From: the human T2T-CHM13v2.0 reference genome, Homo sapiens
Direction: 5' to 3' (one strand)
DNA: 64,000 nucleotides
Assembly (NCBI RefSeq): GCF_009914755.1
Contig: NC_060941.1
Positions 44,847 through 64,000 of this stretch are shown here, one piece after another. Position 1 is the stretch's first letter. Each line of letters begins with the position of its first letter. A program made the position numbers and the translations under genes. The notes below the pieces were generated by a model. The model worked only from the letters and a program-made list of their open reading frames with translations. It made no database searches and had not been told where the DNA came from.

Positions 44847-44984
44847 TATAGCAGCATTTTTCTAAGCTGTTCAGTTCTAGCCTTATGTGAGGTTTTGTGA
44901 AAGTAAGGGTCCATGGACAAGTTGGTTTCAGAAATACTGCAAACCACAGCCTCCACTAGGGATATTCATATCCCATGAATATAT

Positions 44985-50216
<5,232 letters not shown>

Positions 50217-52018
50217 ATCCCATGAATATATTAAAGGCTGTGAGAATTCTGCACTTAAAGAGCATGTTTAACCCAGTATTTACAAAATACTTTTAACTAT
50301 GAAACCCTTTTTCAGCACCTACAAATATTCAATAGAACACTGGTTCTGTAAAACTCATGTTGAAGAACACTTACTATCACTTGTATGAATCTTAGAGTTC
50401 ATAGAGAATATCTAAAATAGGCACCAAATAATAGCTAATCCCAGCTACTTGGGAGGCTGAGGCAAGAGCATTGCTTGAGCCCAGGAGTTTGAGGCTGCAG
50501 TCACAGCCTGGGCAACAGAAGAAGACCCTCTCTGTAAAAATATATATATATATAAAAGAAAGGAAACAATAATAAGTAAAAGTCATGCACGTCATCTTTT
50601 GTGGAATCATACTGAAAAACATATGAGTGTAGGGCAAAAGAATATGATTTAAAAAACCTGTTACATAATTTCATAAGGTCATTCCAGAGTCAAAACAAGT
50701 AGGTCCCATGTCCTTTTATATGTTCCCGAGTTAATCTAAAAACAACAAACGAAAACCTCAAAGCAGCAATTGTATGAAAACACTGTTTGAAAATATTACG
50801 TTTTTATATGCAAAAAATGTAATTTCTAAAGAGAACATATCACAAATCTTTACCTTCTGTTTCAGCAGCTTAAATTATCCTCAGAATATGAATTGAGTGG
50901 GAAGGACATCAGGTAACAAAGTAAAAGCCTCAGACTGCATAATTTAGCTATATTAAAATGGCAAAGGAAAAAATTCTACATATAGATGTAAATTCCAGAC
51001 TTATAATTATGGCAAAAAAGCACTCTTTTCTTCCACTTAAATTCATATAGTAATAGAAAAACTAGATTATAGACTCTGTATTAGATAAACCCTCATCTTG
51101 TTTCTTCTATTATCCAAAACTAAAATCTTCAACCAAAGAAAAAAATCCCTAGCATTTGTTTTTCCCTAAACACTACAAGTGATCTGTCTATAGGTTTAGT
51201 CAGTACCACAGGGGGCCACAGATAAAAGTTTATCTGGAGAGGCAGATAAGGAGAAAACACATCATGGTTGAGAGTAGCTATTTGCAGAAGTCTTTCACCT
51301 TAAAGGACATTTTATAATGTGGTTAATGGAAAGTGGCTGTTTCAGAGAGAATCTAAGCATAAAGAAGAGGGCTTTACTGAAATCCTATCAAGTTTACGCT
51401 GGCGTAGCCTTGGGATTGAACAGTTTCTAAAGTCGTATTTAAGCTATAGGGTGAACAAAGAGTATTTTGCTTTGAACTTGGAAATACAGGGACATGAATA
51501 AGAATGCTTCAGTTTTTAATCCAGCAGGACCCAGGTAAAGACATGTTCTCTGTCAGACATAAAATTGTCGTTGCTGGAAAGATAGAGACATCAGGCATTT
51601 CTGTAGTAAATGACCTAATTCTTAAAACCATCCAACTGTCTTTGATCAACTGCTCTGATTATTAATTTGATTTTCCAGCTGCTTGATACTAAAGTGTACT
51701 AGATAGTGAATATGAGGACTCACTGACATGGTACATTCCTTTGTTATATTTACAAACTGACATTATAGCTTATACATTTTTTTTTTTTTTTTGCATGGGT
51801 GTGTGAATCTGGTTAGCAAAAGTCTTTTCTTGATAGTCTGATCGACTCTAGGTATACTTATAAAATAGAGTTTCTAAATCTCAGAGTTCAGAACTAAACT
51901 CTGGAGTGTGGTAACCCACCCCAAGATACTGCCAGCAGTCTTTCCTTGATGACATTTATTTCATTCTAACTGTAACCAGCTGCTCTCTATTTTGTTAAAA
52001 AGCCCCTATCACACTGAG

Positions 52019-52333
<315 letters not shown>

Positions 52334-52387
52334 CTATCACGTTGAGTTGACCTCTTTCTTCTTCCTTATAATGTTCAAACACTGATT

Positions 52388-52814
52388 GTGATATAATAAG
52401 AAATACATATATTTGCTCATCATCCCAGTTCCTGACACAAAGCTCCCAAAACTCTTGTGATTTTATGAGTGATAGAGGTTATAGAATCACCTTTTGTTAT
52501 GATATTTATTTAGTCTTAGTCCCAGATTCCCAACATAAGAGTTTCTATCTGCTAATCAGATAACTGGTGACTAGGAGCTCCTAGATAGTTTCAGGATTGA
52601 GGCTGGTTGCCAGAAAGACCAAGGCATGATTAGAGGGTTGGAACTTTCAGCCCCACCCCTTAACCTTCACGGAGGGGAGAGGGGCTGGAGATTAAGTTAA
52701 TTACCCATAGCCAATGATTTCATCAACCATGCCTGTGTAATAAAACCTCCATAAACTCAAAATTATGGGGTTTGGAGAGCTTTGGGGGTGGTGCACACAT
52801 CCACATGCTAAGAA

Positions 52815-52815
<1 letters not shown>
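52388..52815 (+). mobile_element. MER21-type ERVL LTR fragment
   Basis: tgtgatataataagaaatacatatattt...gttcctgacacaaagctcccaaaactcttg. Confidence 0.65.
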
Positions 52816-56060
<3,245 letters not shown>

Positions 56061-56944
56061 TCCCGCTAATTTAATATCAGTGTATATTACTGTGTACATA
56101 CACAATTGATTAATTACCTATTGATATATATTCACATTTTTTCCAGTTTTTCTGGCTGTTACAATGTACAAACCTGTACATCTCTCTCTCTCTGGGTATT
56201 TGTACAGATATATTTGTAGGGTAAATATGGGCTGTGGAATTCTTAGATTAAGTGGTATGAGAATTTTAAATTTTGATAGATATTGCCAAATTGTCCACTC
56301 TAAATGACTATATCTTATACTCCGACCAAAAATGTCTTCTTACATCCTTATAAACATTGGTTATTATAAACACTTTAAAGACTGCCAAATTTATAGTTGA
56401 AAAATCATATTTCATTATTTTGATCTGAATACTACTGTAATTATTATTTTTTAAAAGATCTGAAATGAAGCACGTGTAAAATCACCTAAACTTGGGCCTT
56501 TATTATGAGGTAATTCTTTGATAATTTTCTTAATTCCTCCTTTGTCTATTGCCATATTTATGTTACTGTCTCTTCTTGGATCAACCTAGTTAATATTTTT
56601 TAAAAATTATAATTTCATTAATATTTTAAAATGTATTTGGATAATTCTACAAAATACTCTTTTAATGATAATTTCAATTCTTCTGTGTTCTTCTAAACAA
56701 GTATTTTAAGGTTTTTTTTTTAAGACTAGCTACGTCCTTTGCCTTCCACTTCCCAACTTCCATTTGCCCAACTGCTATCATCTCCAGGTAAATAGCAGCC
56801 CAAGTATCCTGCACCAGACAAGCAAATACATTCATAGCAGGTAACTTTTCCCTCACCTTCCGAATCTCAATATGCCCTACTCCTCTTTTTAAAACTCAGT
56901 TCTTCCTCTCCCAAACCCTGTTTTATAGAAATAATGTAGGTATA

Positions 56945-57282
<338 letters not shown>

Positions 57283-57409
57283 TTAAATATAAAGCAGATA
57301 TACAGCTGCTATGAAAGATACACATGCAGTGAAATACAAATCCCTGACTTTAAAGAGGTCCCCGCAATCTAGTTTTTTTGTTTTTTTTTTCTAGTTTTAA
57401 AAAGAAATT

Positions 57410-57713
<304 letters not shown>

Positions 57714-57925
57714 TTATCACTTCCCTTAGGAAGGCTTTATAGCCTAACTGTAAAGTTGTAGTCACCTCAGCCATTCCTACAATGCCTCAGCACAGACAGG
57801 TCTAGTGAACTGATGATGAAGCTAGTTATGTACCTACTGTTATGTTTTATTACAGGCTTGCTTAAGTGAGTTTCATCTGAATCAGTCTTTCCTTTCCAAG
57901 ATGATCTGGTTTAAGCTTGCCTTAC

Positions 57926-58030
57926 CTTACGGACGTGACAGGAAAAGAGGACATTCATGTATTTGTCCTTCCGTTTCAATTCATTAGCAACAGGGACAAA
58001 AGTGCCTGAGGTCTGAGGTGTATCTGGCTT
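57926..58030 (-). CDS. MYO1D: MYO1D coding exon (probably exon 19), 105 nt, TH1 domain
   Basis: Not in the ORF track. Read manually as KPDTPQTSGTFVPVANELKRKDKYMNVLFSCHVRK; acceptor ctttttcag|AAG, donor AAG|gtaagg; phase 0-0. Confidence 0.96.
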
Positions 58031-58559
58031 CTGAAAAAGAAAGGAAACAAGACAAAATGAGTATGCTTAGCATTTTAGAAGGAAAGGCAATCTTTCAGTG
58101 TACTGCTTTATAACTACACTTATATAGTTTCACACATGCACTCTTTATCTCCTCACCCCAGATGGTAAGCTACTAAATGGTTGTTGTAACATCAAAGATC
58201 CTATACAAATTTTAAAATAGGGAATGGGAGAGAGGATAAAGTGTAGCTCTGGGAATAATTAATATAAAGGTAGTAATTAAAAAATCGTCACTGAATGATG
58301 TAAGGGAAGGTTTAAATGGTCAAAGGCCAGGTTATAGAGTGTATTTAATACATATGGATACAACACACAGAACCCTTTTAAACACGGGAGAAACATCAAA
58401 TACTGTACATTTAGAAGCAATAAAATGTTTTAGTATCTCATAGAAATTATTTAGTTTCTAAAAGTGTTTTATCCTTTCTGCAAATTCTTTGGAGATATGT
58501 ACTTCTCTTTTTTAGTAGAGGAAGTAGAAGTAGATTTCACTTTGTTCCCTTGGACTTAC

Positions 58560-58704
58560 TGAAGCAAGATAGTTGCCCTCCCAGGCCCTCTGGAGCCCGA
58601 GGTCAGCCCTTTGACCCTTCAACATTTCCACGGCTGCAACCTTTGCCCTGACCTGGGGCAGGTCTGAGGCCGGAATGCTCTTGATGAGCTGGGATGCTCT
58701 CCAT
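58560..58704 (-). CDS. MYO1D: MYO1D coding exon (probably exon 18), 145 nt
   Basis: A+[48 protein letters not shown]. Acceptor ttgtag|A completes AGA (Arg) from the previous exon; donor TCA|gtaagt. Confidence 0.97.
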
Positions 58705-58767
58705 CTACAAGTAAATAGACAACATGTATTAGACTTTAGAAATGCAATCCCATGCATTCTCTCTCTC

Positions 58768-59082
<315 letters not shown>

Positions 59083-59299
59083 TGAAGCTGTCATTAAGTA
59101 GAAAGAAATCAAAGCACTGGCATGCTAAAAAAAGTAAAATGCCTCCAAAATACACACAGAAGTTGCTAAAATACATATCATTTTATGTAGACAGATCTTT
59201 CCTAAAACTTGCTTTGTTGTTTGTGTGTTTTGAAAGCAACTAGAACTTAGTGATACATGGGCTCTCATAATATTTATATTTAGGGCATAGAAAATTGGA

Positions 59300-60110
59300 T
59301 TCATCATTCATTCATTCAACGAAGGTTTTCTAGGTGCCTGCTAAACTCCCAGTGCTGTTGTAGGCAGTGGGGGGACAGTAATAAGCAAAACAAAGGTCCT
59401 TTCTGCTAGCTGCTTGTCTTCTGGAGAGAAGTGACAGATAGCAAATATATGAGTAGACATATAGTATGTAGGATGGTGAAGGTAAGGCAAGGAGGACCGG
59501 GAGTGTGGAAGATGGAAGGAATGCAGAGTGGGTGTGGTTTATATAGGGTGGTTTATATAGGGTGGTCTGGGCAGGCACCACTGATAAGGATAGATGAGCA
59601 GAGACCTACAGGCCGTGAGGGAGCTGGTCATACGGAGACCTGCACCAGAGTGTTCTAGGAAGAGAAGAGAACACAGCAAGTGCAAAGGCTCCGGGATGTG
59701 AGCTTGCTTGGTGCGTCAGAGGAGCAGTGTAAGGAGCTGGGAGAGTCAGGGTCAGAATCCACAAAGCCATGAGACCATGATCAGGACTTTGGCCTTTCCT
59801 CTGAATGAGATGAGAAGCCATCGGAAGGTTTGGAACAAAGATGGGACATGACCTGACTCATGCTTTAAAAGGGTCATTGTGGTTGCTATAGGCTGGGAAC
59901 AGGAAGACCTGTTAGATGGCTATTTCCGAAACACACATGCTAGAGTAAGGTGGCTTGGATCAGGGAGGTGGAGGTGGAGGTGGAGGTAAGTGTTGGTTCT
60001 GCATATTTCTGAAGGAAGAACAAACAGAATTTGACAATGGATTAGATGTGGGGGCCAGAGAGGATTTAAGGATGACTCCAAAATTTTTTGGCTAAGCAAC
60101 TGAAAGCTTA
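59300..60110 (-). mobile_element. L2a fragment
   Basis: (cattc/att)n 3' tail followed by L2 body motifs (ggaatttgacaatggattagatgtggg-like, ggatgactccaa). Confidence 0.75.
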
Positions 60111-61405
60111 AACCAAAAATAACCTGTTCCTGATTGGGAAAAAACAGGTACAAGTTCTCTTATGCGCTTGGCGGCACCCTAGCCCTGCACGATGCTTATA
60201 TCCTCTCTTCTGCCACAGGAGCTTGAAGTACGGAGGTTGGAAGCAAACAGAGAACTTCCTTTTGATCAGACGAATAATCAAGGCCGGCTGTTCTCAAACT
60301 TGTTTCCATAGAATGAGATTTAACTAAAATGGAAAATTCCCACTGAAATAACCAAATAAATATAAAAATAAGGAAACATTTATAACAACACCAGAAAATG
60401 GGAATGTCAATAAAGTAGAAAGTGTAATGACTTTCTGGAAGACACAAAGCAGATGGGATCCAGCTGATGGGGAAGCGGCTCACTCAGGGCAGTGCACTCT
60501 ACTCAGTGGAAGGAGAAAACCCCTCAGAGGGATAGATGAGAATCCTGAAGCCTGAAGTGGCAGGGACTGGTAGCAAGGGCAGGAGATGAAGGATTTTAAG
60601 GTGAAAGCTGTGCCTGTTCCCTGCACATGGAATGGCTGGCTGCAGTGAGGCAGGCCACATGTTGGTCAGAGATAGTAGGTTGCCAAAGCAACAACCATGA
60701 AGAAGTCATGGCTCAGTAGAATAGTGGAATCCTTTCTTTACTTCCTATGGACAACCAACACTCCAACAAGACAGACTGTCCTAAGATCATTCCAGAAGAG
60801 ACTAAAAGAGTGACAGACTTAGAGCAGTTGGTGGTCAAAGTCAAGGACACTGTGACAGGTGGGTCTTACAATACTCAGTGGCTTCCTAAGCAACTTCTCG
60901 AATCAGCCCTTGATCTCCAAATTTCATGACTGGTGGAGAGACATCTTTGCTCTGTCTACTGGTCTGTTTCCAGTCTACAAACCTGGTCAGCCTGTCCTGT
61001 CTTCACTGCCCACAGTGGCTCAGGACAAGGTCTGTCCCTGACTGACTCCAAAGGCCACAGAAGCACACTGGGGGATTCAGGACCTGACCTATACAACCAT
61101 GGAGAAAGCCACCCATGCTTCTCATCCTAATCAAGCAAACTGCTGTCTATAAATACGTGTAGCCAACAACAGCTGCAGCCATAAAAATCACCAGCCTCAA
61201 TGACATGAAAAGGGGACAAAGCCAGGCATGGAGAAAGCTCAATTAAAAAGAATTACTGTGAAGAACAGGAGTGAACTGAAACATGATTAGATGCACATTG
61301 AGATTTTAGAAAAACAAACATAAGAATGTTACAATCACAGTAGAATTCTTTAATACATCTCTCTCTGTATTCCACAGATCAAAAAATTCCTGATAGTGCC
61401 TAGAT

Positions 61406-61607
61406 CAGGGGTTGGCAAACTATAGCCTGTGCCAAATCTGGCCAATGGTCTGTCTTGGTACTGCCCACAAGCTAAGAATAGTTTTTACATTTTTACATGT
61501 TTACCAAAACCAAAACAAAGAAGAATATGTGACAGAGACCATCTGTAGCCTACAAAGCCTAAAATACTTAATATCTGGCTCTTTCAGAAAAAGTTTGCAG
61601 AACCCTG
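61406..61607. mobile_element. MER58A (hAT-Charlie MITE)
   Basis: TIRs caggggttggcaaact / agtttgcagaaccctg; 8-bp TSD gcctagat / gactagat. Confidence 0.85.
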
Positions 61608-62661
61608 GACTAGATGGACACAACTGGCAAGATTCAGTGTGTGTGCGCGTGCGAGTGTGCTTGTGTGCACGCACGTGTGCGTATACAGAACAAATGTAGC
61701 AGACCTGTTAGTTTCAAATGCCATTGATTATAAGGCCTGGGAAGGCTGGGACTGTCTTTCACATCTTTCTTGTTTGTCACCATATCCCTGAAACCTAGGT
61801 CAGTGCCTGCAACACAGCAGACATTCAGTAAGTATTTGCTGAATGAGTACATTGAATTTTGTACAAAACAATCAATTCTAGACCACAAGTAAAACCTCAA
61901 AATCTAAATAGAAGACTGTATAGGCTGTAGTGCAATCTAATCAAAATCAATAACAATCTCCTGCAGCTCTTAAAATCTTACACAGATCTTTATTGGTATG
62001 GACAGATCTTCAAGACTTATTTTTGAGTAAAGTCATATAGCCATACATATAATCTTATCTGTGTAAAAAAGAGGAAAAAAATGCTCAAATCATATGTGAC
62101 TACGTAAAAAGCCTGCCAAGATTGAAAACTAATTATTTATAGTACTATATCTGAGAACTGAAGGTTGAGGTACTTTTGTTTTCAATAATTCTGTATTTTT
62201 TCTTCTTATGAGCAATTATTTCTTTTTTTAAAAAAGCATATGAGATATATATTAAAGAGTTTTCTTCCATGCATTTTTCTTTATCTTTTGATACCTTCCA
62301 TCAATTATATTTCAAGCAAAATCTAAAGAAGATAACATCTGATTTAGCACAGAATTATACATTAGTTCTTGTACATTCAGCATATCAATTAGTTCAAAGT
62401 GTTCTTTATGGAGTATCATGATAAAATGACTATATTTGAGAAGAAGTAGCTTAGTTTATGTGACTAGATGGCTGTATCTAAGACAGAACTAAATATATCT
62501 GGTGTATACTGGCAATAAATAAGCTCAAAAAGCGAGGAGAAAGGACTTGGAATAACTACACACTCAGATCCAGGGCAGGTTATAAAAAAATAAAGACCAG
62601 TTGGAAAGGTACCAAATTTTACTTGGGTTTTTATTTATTTAAAAGACAGCTCGCTCTAAAA

Positions 62662-62843
62662 ACAGTTATTTTCCCCTTTGGCTGCACTTTAAAATCACGT
62701 GGGAAACTTTAAAAAAGGACCTCTGCCTGGGCCCCACCCCTCCAGCGCCATTAAACAGGACTCTCTGGTGGTAGGACCTGGGTGCTGGCATATTTCCTAA
62801 ACTCCTTGTTATTCTAAGGTGCAGCAGAATTGAGAACCACTGC
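62662..62843. mobile_element. MER5-type element
   Basis: ggctgcactttaaaatcac...ttgagaaccactg. Confidence 0.65.
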
Positions 62844-63197
62844 TTTGAAAGGATTAATGGATTTTCTAGTTTGAGTTATGCGTGGTGGTTTTATTTTTAG
62901 CTAATAAAAGTAAGTAGAAACAGCATGCTAGTAGCTTATCTTAACTATGGCTTGTGTCCAGGGGTTGTGGCACATTGCTGTCAGCTGCTACAGGAAAAAC
63001 AAATTGGCAGTTCCTTTATTTTGAGGGGTAAGCAGATGCTCTTTGAAAGCCAAATCTACAAAACTGAAAACATAAGGTAAAGGTAAATGTCATAACAGCA
63101 AATAGCTGAGTCAATATCACGGTCTCAGACTTGTGACTTTGCATAGTATTAACTGTGCCACCATAAATGGATGCAGCACACAGCAGCACGTTCTTAC

Positions 63198-63421
63198 CTA
63201 TTGAAAATCGTCTGCAGGGCCTCCTCAAAACGGCGAAGAACTTTAGGAGGGCTTGGCCACTTCACGTGCTTCCCGTAGTCTCGCATGGTCTTGACGCCAT
63301 GGAAGCGTCTGGCCACCTCGTGGATGTACGACTTCACTTTGTAGCGCCGGTAGTACCTGATTATTGTCAGAGCTGCCTTGGTTCTTTTGTACCGCATGCG
63401 GGCCAGGGTGCCCCGCCACAC
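63198..63421 (-). CDS. MYO1D: MYO1D coding exon (probably exon 17), 224 nt, IQ motifs / neck region
   Basis: Translates [40 protein letters not shown]...EEALQTIFN+AG, recognised as myosin-Id. Acceptor ttctttctctattgtgaag|GTG, donor AG|gtaaga. Phase-2 end matches the next exon. Confidence 0.97.
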
Positions 63422-64000
63422 CTTCACAATAGAGAAAGAAAAAGGAAAACGTTATTGACCGGCTGAGTTGTGGATGGCTTTGATATTATAGCAGCTCCTC
63501 TACTTACAAACTCAACCAGGCAACTTGCAAGTGTGCACAAAAATCAGCCAGAGCCAAAGCATGTCAGTTCCACCTGCCACCAACAGATGGCGTGGGGAGT
63601 CACATCAGTCATTTTGTTTCAGCTGTCTAGCTGCTCATTATTCTACACTGAAGTGTGTGCTGAGCCTGAAGCTGAGTCCTGTTTTAACTTTACTGTCATG
63701 AAAAGAAGAAAGCCAAAATGCAAATATCTTTGGATAAATATTTTAGGAATGCTGAAGGGAAGCGAGATGAGTCAGAACATCATGCCATAAGCATCTATAG
63801 TTTTCTTGTGAAACCTAACTTTACATAGATTATACATGCTGGCCACTGGTGTAACGCCACTTTGGATTTACAAACTGATTTACACACAGCCTGTGCACCT
63901 CCTCTCCCGCGGCACTATGTAAACTCTCAAAGATTCATGGGTAAAGGGTAAATCAGATTACGTACTAATATCCTGTGAATCTTTGTTAAAAGTTTTTCAG

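Noticed and set aside
63167-63466. 99-aa antisense ORF over the IQ exon (likewise 9170-9373)
   Set aside because: Shadow frame of a real coding exon; no independent promoter or splice evidence.

Overview
Human (or close primate) genomic DNA lying wholly inside MYO1D (unconventional myosin Id), which is transcribed on the minus strand. Five coding exons can be read with canonical GT-AG sites and consistent phases: 63198-63421, 58560-58704, 57926-58030, 42807-42920 and 9162-9316. They are probably exons 17-21 of 22 (numbering recalled, not verifiable here) and encode the IQ neck and most of the TH1 tail; the motor domain and the last exon lie outside the window. The rest is intron, mostly transposon relics: about 30 Alus, a TA-flanked Tigger1, a 5.2 kb L1PA4/5-type element and a 0.44 kb L1PA2-type stub (both sense to MYO1D), old L1M/L2/MIR pieces, MaLR/ERVL LTRs and MER elements. 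Nearly all other ORFs in the track are repeat-derived or chance ORFs. I found no new protein-coding system. The most unusual signal is a cluster of locally templated DNA insertions in the first 6 kb, two of them inside the same Tigger1 copy. Other leads: an L1 truncation junction whose target site matches L1 internal sequence, inverted Alus tightly flanking two exons (circRNA geometry), a recursive-splice-like exon junction, and a candidate cryptic exon upstream of a (UG)21 tract. Repeat subfamily names come from recalled consensus features and are approximate.
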